A stretch of 62,673 bases of DNA, filler included, from Choristocarpus tenellus KU-1152 (GCA_964200185.2; 12 parts of 12 records of this genome joined end to end with filler, not necessarily neighbours in it); one strand, 5' to 3'. Numbered from the whole stretch's first letter, positions 1 to 11,939 are shown. Notes: generated by a model from the sequence alone, not told the origin. Numbers and translations: made by a program.

Positions 1-220
1 GAAGGGGGGAAGATAAATCACAGCTTTGGCAGGGGCACAGACGGGGTGGGTACACCCCCCACTTTTTAAACTACGGATCCGTTTTGATTTAAAAAGTGGA
101 ATCAAAATTCAAAACAGTCAGTCAGTAATTCAAAAAACAGATCACCCGATTCAAACGATAGATAGAACCATTTTACACTACATGTGCAGTAATTTCTACG
201 GGTATCAAACTAAAAAAAAA

Positions 221-244
221 CCCTAACCCTAACCCTAACCCTAA
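221..244 (+). repeat. Interstitial telomere-like (CCCTAA)4
   Basis: ccctaaccctaaccctaaccctaa read directly. Confidence 0.9.
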
Positions 245-2569
245 CAATATAAAAAAACTCTGGTCAAGGGATTTTTTTTTTTTTTTTAAAGAGCGAGACT
301 TGTCTTGTGTGGGTTTGTACGAACACGTGTGCATGCATGCATGCGTACGTGTCTTGATGATGTAACAAAAATTAAAAAAAGGAAAAAGGGAACATGTATA
401 TACTTTTTCAACTCCCACGAAACATCCTACAAAAGCCTTCAAAAACATCCTGATACACCCTCGAGGATCAAGGAGTCAAAGTGTTCTCTTTAAGAGAGTA
501 AGGAATGGTCAAATCATAGAGTATCCGTATGTAAGAGAGCCTTTTATCACCCTTTTAATCACTACTCGAACATCCCTCCCTCCACTACCAAACCCATGAC
601 GCTAGAAGATGTACCCCTTATCCAGCAGAGGGGTTAAACTTCCACAGCCACAACAACCAAACTAAAAATGTCAGCCAATCACTCCATTTTTAATGTCAGA
701 TTTTTAGTTTTTTGTTGATTTTGAAGTCGAGATAACTACGACCACCTTGAGCACAGAAGAAGGGGGGCCAGGCAACGATTTCATAAACATCGCAACCTGA
801 AAAAAAAAATGATTAAAAATTCAAGTGCTCTTTCAAAAGACCTCTACCTACTTACTTCCCCACTGGTAAAATACCTTCATCCTCAAAAAAAAAAATCCAT
901 TCCAAGAATAAAATAATCCAACCGACTGTTTCCAAAAATAATCACCAACATATTACACACGTAACACACATACAATACACATGATGATGCACACCCCCCC
1001 ACTGCACCTGTCTGTTGTAGACCTCCTTGATACCGCCTTCCAACACAGAGACAAGAGAGGCCCTCTTGGTAGAACGACTGCTGGTGCTGCTGTACCTGCC
1101 ACAAAAAAAAATTCAATTGAAAAAAACAAAAACAAACAAACGTGCGTTTATGCATGCGCATCAGTTTCTAAAAAAAAAGGTTTCAACACAAAGGAAAAAA
1201 AAGTATTATGTTATATCGCTCCGCCTTCCAAGTCCATAAAGAGTGTGAAATTTCAGCAGCAGTCAGCACCTCCGCATACATAAAAAGGCTCTTTTAAAAA
1301 ATAAATAAATATTTTTTTGTGTTTATTGGGGGGGGGGGGGGGGAAGAGGTCGAGGATTCTTCGAATTGAGACTGACTGCACTTGGCATGTCTCGATTGAA
1401 AAATAATAAATAAATATATTTAATTTTTAAAATCACACACACACAAACATCTAACGAGAGATTTTTTTTTTCTTCTCAAAAACAGGCATGCACACACGGC
1501 TAAATAATAAATAAATAATGATCTCAGTATGATCATGAGAAAGGCAATAGTGGGGGGGACCCAAAAAGCAGTGCCATCGTTCCATGCACCACATTCCAAA
1601 CAAAGACAGACACAGACACAGGCACAGGGGAGAAAAGGGAGTCAACAACGGATGATTAATTTACATGTCACGAGGTACACAACCGATATAAAAATAAAAA
1701 TAAAAATAAACCGTTAATTTCATTTACACTCAGTCGTATATACCCTTCCATAGACTGAATTACTATTATTATTATTATTATTACTATTATTATTATGTTT
1801 TATTCTTTCCAGACGCGAGACACACACACACACACACCGAAAGAACGTTTTCCAAAAAAAGGAAAAAAGGTAGAAAAATAAAAAATTATAAATATATCCT
1901 ACGAAGAAGGGTTAGGGTTCTTGAACTGGAAAACTGGAAAACATTTTTTTTTTACAGTTCAAAATTTCTCGAACAGTAGCTATCTACAACCCCCCAAAAA
2001 ACGCTTCTCACCTCGGGCACCTTTTCCTTTTTTTTTTTTAAAGAAAAAATCAAAAGAAGATAAAAAGAATGATCCCCAATTTACACACACAGTAACGCCT
2101 ATACCAATACCAACAGTTCTGATTTCTTTTTATTGTTCTTAAATTTTTTTTTAGAGAATCGTATTTTGAAAACTCATCCATCGCATCTCAAAACACAAAT
2201 CTCCATCACGACTTAACTATTTATTATTATAATTAATAATAATAATAATACCTCTCTTCAGCGCCAGTTCCAGTAGTAATAATAAAAATAAAAGTGCAGT
2301 ATTGGGAAGGCGTGTTTCTTGCATGCTTTGTGGTAAACAGTCTCAAGTCTGATTTTTGTACAAATTTTAAAGAAGGGTAAATAAACACCTCAAGACGGAT
2401 CCTTTTCACAAAGCACCCTCACGGAATCAATAAAAACACAACCGATAATATCATACTTTTTTTCTTTTTTCTTTTTTTAATTTCTCAACCCTTGTTACAC
2501 AGTTTAAATTTCAAAATGAACTGACAAGGGGATAAAGCAATCGCGATACGGATTAGAATACAGATCACA

Positions 2570-2640
2570 AAAAAAATATAATAATATGTATGTAAAAAAT
2601 ATAATAATATGTATGTAAAAAATATAATAATATGTATGTA
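2570..2640 (+). repeat. ~23-bp AT-rich minisatellite x3
   Basis: aaaaatataataatatgtatgta repeated three times. Confidence 0.85.
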
Positions 2641-2700
2641 CGGATTAGAAAAAGAGAGGAAGCAATAATACCAGATCAAAACTAGAACAATGAACAGCAA

Positions 2701-2705
2701 AGAGA

Positions 2706-2748
<43 letters not shown>
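2701..2748 (+). repeat. (GA)n microsatellite
   Basis: Read directly. Confidence 0.9.
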
Positions 2749-2754
<6 letters not shown>

Positions 2755-2826
2755 CATCAAAACATAGAACAAAAAAAAAAAAAAAAAAAATGGAAGGAGG
2801 AAGGACGACCCACAGAGAGGAAGAGA

Positions 2827-2926
2827 NNNNNNNNNNNNNNNNNNNNNNNNNNNNNNNNNNNNNNNNNNNNTTAATTAATTAANNNNNNNNNNNNNNNNNN
2901 NNNNNNNNNNNNNNNNNNNNNNNNNN
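2827..2926. other. Artificial contig linker N44-TTAATTAATTAA-N44 (first of 11)
   Basis: Identical 100-bp spacers at 2827, 8334, 11840, 15698, 26953, 32325, 35938, 42075, 49594, 52401 and 57868. TTAATTAATTAA places stops in all six frames, as in concatenation linkers. Confidence 0.97.
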
Positions 2927-3659
2927 TGACGGGGGCACCTGTGGCTGCCAGCCTTTGGTTGTGTTGTGGACCTTCTCTCCATCCATTGGAAAAATTCATC
3001 TTCTTATCGTCAACAGGTTACAACTGTTCGGTACAGGCTTGGCTTTGGGGGAAAATGCTACCAACACAGTTGGGGGCAATGCCTTGTTCACATGGTAAAA
3101 TGCAAGGGGAAGCATATACATGTCTGTAGCGCTGACCAATGAAAAAATTATCTTCGACCCTTGAAAGGCCAATTGATGGACTTGCTAAGTGAGCACAATA
3201 TGAACCAGCGGAGTGTTACATTGGTGCGATGACCATCACACCAAAATATAAAGCAGGAAAGAGCTCCAGAAGCAGCTCCTTGCAGGAAGAAGAGACAGCA
3301 GGAAGGTGGTTAGGAAGTAGCAGCCCTTAGACACAGTCGCCACCTTCCCCCAGATACTTTGAGTCCGGAGGTAACTTTCCATTATCTGCTATATGTGTGT
3401 TGTGGCTCTACTATCTGAATGGCTGTAATGTCTGTGCTGTACAACTACAGTCCAACTGCGACTATTTCCTATGATTAGATATACTCAATTATTGCTACGA
3501 ACTATTTGCAGACGGCTTTCATGTTCTTTTTCCAAGATCAGGTCGATAGCAGCACGGTCGTGGACTCTTTGGAGGAGCCCAGGAGAGCTGGTCTACCAGT
3601 GACTCAGGGCACCATTAGGTCATTTGGTCTTCAGGCTAAAATCAAAACTTTTCCCAAAA

Positions 3660-4440
3660 ACGCTACCTGATGGATGGGTTAAGGCCTTGGAACTTTGATG
3701 GTGGGACAAGATCAATGAGAGAATAAATAAGCGGCAAGAAGATGACAAGTGTATGACTGCATGGCCAGGCTGGAAGTATTGATGTGGAATTGACAAGGGA
3801 AGAGCCCGCAAAAAGTAAAGGATACTTGAAATAAACATCCGTCTACAACGTTGGCTAGACGGTCCTGTTTCACAAGCTGTTAGCGTATCTTGCTCCTGGA
3901 AAAACAGAAAAACAGTTGAGGGGTATCAAGGATATGACAACCAAAGACTATACCTCAATTTACGTGTGCACGGATACCACAGGGTCCCAGAAGGTACCTT
4001 TGTCCCTGATGAAAGGGGTTAGGACAGTGATGTTCTAGGAAAAGTCGATCCCAATGTGTTTACTTCAGTCAGATGAGCGCATGGTCCAACCGCCACACAT
4101 TCAAGTAGTGTTTTGTATCGTCTCTTCTTTCCATACGTGAGGAGAGTGACTTCTAACCCCGTTCTGCTCCTGATGGACAGCTAACCGTGCTGGGCATGGT
4201 GAGCTGATCACTAGGAAGGTCAAGTGAGAGTGGAGGAGTTCCCACCAAAGTGCACCAGTAAATACTACTCTGTGGACCAGGGTATTATTCTTGCCTAAAA
4301 AGTTAATTACACTATAGATCTGCAGCTCTTCCAGAGTTCAATGCCCACAATCTCCCATAACTACCGCAGCAGGCACATGACATAAAAGTGGTTACGGGGG
4401 TGACTAGACTGAGTAAGAGTCCCAACCCTCACATCCTAGC
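3660..4440 (+). pseudogene. Decayed pogo/Tigger-family (DDE_1) transposase
   Basis: Stitching frames gives VYNVG*TVLFHKLL (cf. IYNxDETGLF), KDYTSIYVCTDTTGSQKVPL (cf. KDRxTxxxCxNAxGxxK), VYFSQMSAW, PVLLLMDS and EFPPKCTSKYYSVDQGII (cf. LPPNxTSxxQPxDQGII). Multiple stops and frameshifts. Confidence 0.8.
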
Positions 4441-4672
4441 TCGAGGTTGGGCCCTGGGACAAGCTCAAGGAGGACTCCTTCTCCAGGCACATTTATCTAT
4501 AAGATAAGTATTTTCTGTCAGTGTCCTCGCCACCGCCACCACCGCATGAACCCCCCATGCTTCCATTGTGTTTTTTCACCACCAACCCTGTTCTACACCT
4601 CATCTCCTGACCCTGACCATAGGCGCTGGCTAAAGGTGAACATGTTAAATGCCCCAGAAGCAAGCTGAGTTT

Positions 4673-4930
4673 GAGTGAAAGTATCTTAGAGGGTAGGAGA
4701 TTTGCCCTGTTTGTCCATTTGGGACCTGACTTCCCACGGGTGTTTTATTGCATTTTCATACTCCGAAATGTTTCAGAGTAGGTAAAATGAGTATGTTATG
4801 AAAATGTGTGTCTGGAACAAGGATATTGACACTTCCTAGCAAACACGCTAGCCGAAATTACATCAAAATTGCAACATTTGATTTTGGCCCGCAAATGGAC
4901 GCGGCTCTACCCTCTAAGATACTTTGACTC
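4673..4930 (+). mobile_element. ~255-bp MITE (family A), full copy with TTT target duplication
   Basis: Ends GAGTGAAAGTATCTTAGAGGGTA ... TACCCTCTAAGATACTTTGACTC form an imperfect ~23-bp TIR. TTT lies on both flanks. Internal sequence is shared with seven other copies. Confidence 0.9.
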
Positions 4931-5308
4931 TTTGTTGCTGCTGTTGATCATGATACATGTCATGGTGCACATGACCAAATTGTCTGTGACCTCACTTAAA
5001 CTCCTGCAGAAACTCGGTGTATGGGCTTCTGACAGTGAGAGTAGTGTAAGGGATATTGTGAGCCCGGCTTGGTGTAAAGGCATTGGAAAATCTCCAGATC
5101 AGGACTGGTTAGTGCCTGACCAACAACAGCTTCGCTAGGGCACAGGATGTAAGGAACGAGTTACTACTACTTAAGGTAGCCCATGTTATAATCTCTGTAA
5201 GTAAGCTGGTGGTGAGGAAGGGGGAAAACGATCAGAAGATAATACTATGAGATGCAGGGTGGTGGTGGAGGAATGAGTGTTAATATGGGTAAGAGCATTC
5301 CTGGACAA

Positions 5309-5553
5309 AGAGGGGTACGATTTTTTCCCTGTTTGTCCATTTTGGGCTTTGTTTCCCACGTTTTTTTAATGACATATTACCTACTCCAAAATTTTTTGGA
5401 GTAAGTAAAATGTATACGTTATGAAAAGGTGTGTTGGGAAGAAGGATGTTGACATCTCCTAACAAACATAATAGCCAAAATTACACCAAAATTGCAACAT
5501 TGGATTTTGACCCCCAAATGGACGTGGCTCTACCCTCTAAGATACTTTGACTC
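5309..5553 (+). mobile_element. MITE family A, left end truncated
   Basis: Same internal sequence and intact right end TACCCTCTAAGATACTTTGACTC. Confidence 0.85.
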
Positions 5554-6201
5554 TATATACCCTCCCCTTTGTTGAAGTGGTACTATATTCTTTCAACTTG
5601 CAGAGGTGAAGGGTAGAGAAAGTGGCTGGATGCTGGTACACTAGGTGGCCAAAAAAATGGAGTTCTTGACAGCTCATGTATTGAGATCCCTATTGCAGAC
5701 AGATACTAGACTAATAAGTGTTTGTTATAGTTACACGGGTACAGGGAAGGGGGATGGGGTCGCGATGGAGGAGGGTGACGACAGTACATGGGATAGGCAA
5801 GGAAGAGGAATGAATGACGATAGAGGACACAACGTCACTGTAATAATAGTCGGATAGGGTCCACAGGATGCCGAAGGTTTTGTGGGACGGGGATCTCCCT
5901 CCTTCATTCGGGATGAGGAGGAGACAGGAAAGTCTGTGACAGGAGGTATAACTGGGACCCGACGACCAGCCTCTCCCACCAGGGACCCTAACCAGCGCCT
6001 ACCTCAGCAACCACACCACCCGACACAGGAATCCTGCCCCATCTGCATCTCCCAGATAGAATTGACGGGCACTCCTCTTCACCTATCCACATCCCCTCGA
6101 CCTAGACTGTGGCTCCGGCCTTCACCTCTGCACCCACCCCCAACACCCTATCCTGTGCGCCACCTGTCGCTTCCCTGCCCCTCCTAAATCCCTTAGTAAA
6201 C

Positions 6202-6459
6202 GAGTGAAAGTATCTTAGAGGGTAAATTTTTTGCCCTGTTTGTCCGTTTGGGGCTTGGCTTCCCGCAGGTTTTTTAGGGCATTTTGTCTACTCCGAAATG
6301 TTTTCGAGTAGGTAAAATGTGTACGTTATTAATAGGTGTGTCTGGAACAAGGATATTGACACTTCCTAACAAACGCGATAGCCAAAATTGATTATAATCA
6401 CGACATTGAATTTTGGCCCCCAAACGGACGCAGCTGTACCCTCTAAGACACTTTGACTC
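6202..6459 (+). mobile_element. MITE family A, full copy
   Basis: Both TIRs present. Flanks (aac / tta) show no target duplication. Confidence 0.88.
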
Positions 6460-7053
6460 TTATGCTGCCATGTTGAGGAGTGTGGGAACTGAGACCGTCC
6501 TTGAATCCATCCCCGCACAATCATCCTCTGCTCCTTTAACCATCTCACCTTTTCGCCCACTCTCCATCCTGCGTCCTCACCCCTCAGCCCCTTCTCCTTG
6601 ATTCCCTCCCTGCCCAAGCTGCCTAGAACCGCTTCCTCCTGACCACTGCGGTATCCTCCCTTGTGGTTGGGTCGCTCCACCCCACGTGCATGGTCAGTCT
6701 TTGTAAAGATGCAAACCACCCTTTCACATGTTCTCACTGTGGAACACACTCGCTCATTCCTACCCATTTCAACCACACCTACACCACCCTCACCAACCAA
6801 AGACCCCACCTCCTACCTAGTGAGCTTACAGTCCATTTAAATATCGTCACTGCAGCACCAATTAACGTTTTTCCTGCTACACAACATCTTAGGCCAGAAC
6901 TCACACCCTACCCACCAACCTGCCCTCAGCATCCCTTACTCCGACTCAAAGCCAAACCTGGTCCCATTATCTGACCCATCAGTTCCTTAACCCTGCCCCC
7001 CTTCCCCACCCTCCTACCCTTTCACCCCCTGTGCCGCATACAACACTACATCC

Positions 7054-7263
7054 GGGTCAAAGTATCTTAGGGGGGGGGGTTGGTTTGTGAGGGGGCGTCC
7101 GTTTTGGTCCGGACGAAGTACTAAAAAATCATGGGAATTGCTGTCTTCAGTCGCGGAGAGAGATGGACTGAAGACAGCAATTCCCATGATTTTTGAGTAT
7201 TTCATCGTCCGGATCGAAATGGACGCCCCCTCACAAACCACCATCCCCTACGTTACTTGGACC
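7054..7263. repeat. Fold-back inverted repeat beginning with the family-A terminal motif
   Basis: Starts GGGTCAAAGTATCTTAG. Arm 7081-7152 is a near-perfect reverse complement of 7166-7240 with a 13-nt loop. A degenerate counterpart of the terminus (ctacgttacttggacc) ends at 7263. Confidence 0.85.
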
Positions 7264-7699
7264 TGGTCACCGTCCTTGTATGAAGTATTTTGGCCTAAAA
7301 TGCATTAAGGATGTACGCTTGGCACTTGAGTGGGTGTAGGCTATGTTGTTATGGCTCAGGGAAGTTGTCCTTTGGGTTCAAAGCCCGGAGTCTGCCTGGT
7401 TGCCGCCGCTTGGTTAGGGTGTGTGTTATGGAAAATTTCGACTTGTGCTGAAGATGGTGGAGTGGAATACGAGATGTTTGTGCGTGGACGTCCCCCTGGT
7501 AAGGTTCCTGCCAATTGCTCTGTGGTCCTATCAGCGCAAAGGGGAGAGGGAAAAGGATTGGGTTGGCATTGCAGTAAAAGTATTAGAGAATGGTGGCAGA
7601 ACGGTCTAATGGAGACGAAATTTAGGTGCCATATCGGGCCATTAAATACATGTGTAGGAGGACACGTAAACACAACTGTTTGGGAGCAGAATAAATTCA

Positions 7700-8333
7700 A
7701 TATATATTACATGCATAAGTCCGTTGTTTTATATGGAACGTATGATCCATGTCCATCATAACATGTCCGTGTGGATGTTTGAGTAGCGGATGGAACGTCA
7801 CTAGTGGAGTCTGTTTATGACTGTAATACATATATATGTAGAGAGTACGTAGTGAAACGGTTTGGGTGTGTATGTACGTTGGTGTATATATCTTTAGTAG
7901 TCTCATTATGTTGGATAACCATTACAGCTCGTGGCTATAACACATTCGCCACATCAAACGGGATGTGGTTTGGAAGACAAGCTTACAAGAGGAAGGCCAT
8001 TAAATGATCACCACTTTCGAGTGCGGTCCCCACTTGTTTAGACCTGCATCCTTTGCCTTTGTCGCAGAATTTGCATGTGCATGCGCAAGCGCGTTGTCCA
8101 TTGTCGCAAAAGCTCATTTTTTCCATGTACTTTCTTCCAGTTCTCTCTTAGGCACTGAACCTGGAGGACGGTGGCCATATGGTGGATGCAAACGCATGAT
8201 CTGTGTTGCGCAGGAGAGTGGAGGGAGGAATGCGGTTGGTGGGTTACCCTCGCTTGTGTGTGGACACTCATGATGCATAACGTGAGTGGCTTTCCTGTGG
8301 CGGTTAGGAAAACGTAGAATTGCCCGATTGCCA
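7700..8333 (-). pseudogene. N-terminal fragment of Sola2-like transposase (homologue of 49860-52190)
   Basis: Minus strand reads RSCVCIHH...RENWKKVH and, after a frameshift, NGQRACACTCKFCDKGKGC...TALESGDHLMAFLL followed by a gtaag donor. This matches TCVCVYH...RENWNKVH...NGQRTCACTCDLCDKGKGC...TALESAFHLVDFLL|gtaag at 50150-50375. Confidence 0.7.
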
Positions 8334-9203
8334 NNNNNNNNNNNNNNNNNNNNNNNNNNNNNNNNNNNNNNNNNNNNTTAATTAATTAANNNNNNNNNNN
8401 NNNNNNNNNNNNNNNNNNNNNNNNNNNNNNNNNGTGTAACAAACGTTTGCACTTCGTTGAAATATAAGAAGAAATACTCACTCTATTCGCCTGTAACAGT
8501 TACCCCGACAGTTATAACCTCCAAAATCAAAAACATTTGGCTGAGGTCGTGCAAAGTCAGAGGACGTAGCGGTACAACTACAGAGTCTACAAATTCTGAT
8601 CCAGACCGTGCAAACCAGGTTCTTGGACACATTGTGAAAGGAACAAAAAGAATGAAGTCCGCGAAAAATACACTCTTACTTTAAGTTCGACCTGAAACCC
8701 CCAAAAAATCTACTTGAGCTGGTGCGCATGTGTGAAGTCGCACCTCCCTTCCTTCCACCAATCTATTAAGCTTAGGGTAAACCTCTGTCAACATGTGCCA
8801 AAGATTTAGGGGGGAGGAGTACTTGTCATTCCACAGTTCTGCTTCGACACGACCTAGAAACACAGCTTTTCTCGCAGCGAATACTTCTATGTCCTTTGCA
8901 CACAGTGTCCTCTTTGGTATTACCCACACCCATGGCACAAGCCATCGAGGATTCCCATGTGCACGTAGCAGTGATCATCCAGGAAAAGAAGATTTGCAGC
9001 TTTGCCAGCCTGCATCAACCTAAATCCGTAGTCATGAATAACTTGTTGAAGGACACAGGTTTGCACACGATAGTATGTTGATGAGGATAGGTTTGCCGAG
9101 CGGAGGAGTTCCTCCGCACAAGCCTCAATGAATCAATCTTTCATTCCGATGTTCAACTTACCATCCTCGGACATGGGCAGTTCATCTTCGCTGTCCGCCA
9201 AGT

Positions 9204-9452
9204 GAGTGAAAGTGGTATGAGTTTTGCCCTGTTTATCCATTTGGGGCTTGGGTTCCCATGGGTTTTATTGTGACATTTTTCTACTCCAAAATTTTTAGGA
9301 GTAGGTAAAATGTGTACATTCAGAAAAGGTGTGTCCAGAACAAGGATATTGACACTCTCTAACAAACACGATAGACAAATTACATCAAAATCGCACATTG
9401 GATTTTGGCCCCCAAATGGACGCGGCCCATACCCTCTAAGATACTTTGGCTC
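9204..9452 (+). mobile_element. MITE family A with a small deletion in the left TIR
   Basis: GAGTGAAAGT...TACCCTCTAAGATACTTTGGCTC, flanked by aagt on both sides. Confidence 0.85.
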
Positions 9453-9639
9453 AAGTTCACATCACTCCCCTTCATGTCCGATGGTATATTTATGGCTGAT
9501 AGCTCGCCACTGCTACTTACAGGAGAGAATATATTCTCCAGCAAGGTAACTGGGGGGGTTACAGGCGTTCTTTTCCCCTTGCGAGTGGGGACGTGTTTCT
9601 CAGAAACTGAGCCCTGTAGAGATCCGGAATCCCTAACAC

Positions 9640-10290
9640 TCACAACACCCCCGGAAGACGTTTGCCTCTTACTGGGGGGTGATCTGGAGTATGGGTCGAT
9701 CTGTTCAACACCAACCACTCCACTTCCTGCAGAACCGTCATCGCTATAATAACCCAGGACTGACTCCATGCTATGTGTTGGAGTCGTCCGCGATACTGTT
9801 GGTGTTTCTGCCATTTCTTCCATGTCAGATTCCACGGCATCCCACCCGATCGGAAAAGATCCAAAGTCGCTCTCTCCGGTGTCACTGCCGGAAAACCGTA
9901 CTCCTTCATGTACTCCGTTATCTCGTCTGTGGTCTTCCAACGGGAGTACACGGAGAAAGGCTGCGAACCGAGGATGGTAAAGACCTGGTCTGCTGCCTTT
10001 TCGGGATCACTCGAAAGTTTGTTAAGCATTGATGCAACTCTACCCTTGTTCAGGAGATTCGCGTTGAATTGGTGAGATAGAAATCCTGTGCTGGCCAAGT
10101 ACATTACTTTGATTGCACCTAGGGAAATGCTGCCAAGTTCTGTTGTCCTCTGGTTCACCTCTTGCTTGGCAGATTCGCTCGTGGTCCTTGAGGCAGTGTA
10201 GGATTTCGGAAAACGTGGTATCGAACGAAAGGAGGTATCCGGGACAGAGGTCAGTAGAGTATGAAGCTGATATGTTTCGCATGGTTGAGT
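9640..10290 (-). pseudogene. Protein-like open frame of unknown family (no clear ATG)
   Basis: The 172-aa track ORF extends upstream without a stop (...ESAKQEVNQRTTELGSISLGAIKVMYLASTGF...). A homologous peptide occurs on the + strand at 11317-11430. Confidence 0.45.
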
Positions 10291-10634
10291 GTTGAAGGTG
10301 TTGAGGTAGGGATGAAAATTAAATAAGCGATGTCACAGGTGTTTAGCGAACGAGCAGGTTATTGTGTGCTTTGCCAAAGATGATGCGTTTGTGCGGATGG
10401 ATAGAGTGATTGACACCATTTTTAAGAAATCCTGTTTTACATGAAATATAAAAAGCGGATGAGAGGTAGGTAGTCTTAACGACTTTCCATTTCGTCGACA
10501 GGATTTCGAACGACAGCATCTGAAAATTATAAATAGTTGAGAAGCGAAACTGATAAATTTGTTTACTTCCGAATGAATGTGTTTGGTGGGGATCCTTTAT
10601 TTCTTCGAAACAAAAAAATCTAGAAAAAAATTGT

Positions 10635-11310
10635 GACGTGGGCAGTGAAGTGCTGAAGTGCTGCGTAACAAGGATTGGCAATAGAGGAGAGTGGCTTTTG
10701 TTGGTGCATGTGAACATGATGTCGAAACTTAGGCATGGGTGAGATGCAATACTCATAAGAAATTATTACTTTTGAATGCAAAAATACACTGGGGATCACG
10801 TATTCCTTCTATGACAGGTTAATATCGGCAGCAAAGTGCTGCGGTGAGTGACGAGAGTTGGCAACAGAGGGGAGTGGTTTCTTCTGTTGGTGAATCCTAA
10901 AATAATGTCGAAAATTGTGAATGGGTGAGGTGCAATACCCGAAAGAAATTACTACTTTTGAATGCAAAAATACACTGGGGACTATACATTCCTTCCACAA
11001 CAACATGTTAACACGGGCAACGAAGTGCTACAGGAAGTGAGGAGAATTGTCTGCAGAGGAGAGTGGTTTCTTCTGTTGATGCATCCTAAGATGTCGAAAA
11101 TTCCGGATGGGTGAGATGCAATACTCGAAGTATATATAATTAGTTTTGTTTGAAAAAAAACACTGGGGATCATGTATTCCTTCTTCAACATGTTAACACG
11201 GGCAGCGAACTACTGCAGGAAGTGACAAGAATTGGCTACAGAGGAGAGTGGTTTCCTCTGTTGGTGAATTATTTAATGATGTCAAAATCCCGAATGGGTG
11301 AGGTGCAGTA
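10635..11310 (-). repeat. ~186-bp tandem repeat, about 3.6 units, probably a decayed 62-aa coding repeat
   Basis: gggtgag[a/g]tgca recurs at 10737, 10923, 11109 and 11296 (spacing 186/186/187). Most indels between units are multiples of 3. The minus frame reads approximately KEYxIPSVFLHSKVIISFEYCISPIRNFRHxxRMHQQKKPLSS. Confidence 0.8.
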
Positions 11311-11685
11311 GTGTAGGATTCTGCTAAGAAAGAGTTGAACCCAAGATATTGCGAGAAAGAGTTGAACCAGAGGACCGCAGAAGTTGGTTACATTAACCTA
11401 GGTGCAACCAAAACAATCTATTTGTAATCAATACGCTCGAGGAAAAATCGACTCCAGGGATAGCGACGCCGCGTTCTCAAGGTAGCAGCGAGGAAAACTG
11501 TTGCTGCCAAAGATCAGGGCATTTTTGAAGGAGGCATGGGTCGATGTGAAATTGGAGAGTGGTCTCAACAATGCGACGCCATTGCGTCTCTGGAGCAGAT
11601 TTGCGCAGAACAAGGTAAAATTAAGGCCATTAATTCTCAAATACTTCTTCACGTCATCGCATATCAATGATTTTTTTTTTGTATT

Positions 11686-11839
11686 GAGCCAAAGTACCTT
11701 AGAGGGTAGAGTTGCGTCCGTTTGGGGGCCAAAATTCAATGTTTCGATTTTGATGTAATTTTGTTTATCGTGTTTGTCAGGAAGTATCAATACCCTTGTT
11801 CTAGACACAGCTTTTGATAACGTACGCATTTTACCTAAT
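11686..11839 (-). mobile_element. MITE family A, reverse orientation, cut by contig end
   Basis: Begins GAGCCAAAGTACCTTAGAGGGTA followed by family internal sequence. Confidence 0.85.
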
Positions 11840-11939
11840 NNNNNNNNNNNNNNNNNNNNNNNNNNNNNNNNNNNNNNNNNNNNTTAATTAATTAANNNNN
11901 NNNNNNNNNNNNNNNNNNNNNNNNNNNNNNNNNNNNNNN

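Noticed and set aside
2871-2882. Recurring palindrome TTAATTAATTAA as a biological motif
   Set aside because: Always centred in an identical N44/N44 gap, so it is an assembly linker. ORFs running into it are artefacts.
2941-3180. Possible hAT dimerisation-domain remnant (SLWLCCGPSLHPL)
   Set aside because: Similarity is too weak to support without a profile search.
10638-11155. Plus-strand frame whose only stops are TGA, suggesting recoding (Trp or Sec)
   Set aside because: The TGAs are the in-register antisense of TCA (Ser) codons in the more open minus-strand frame. No recoding is needed.
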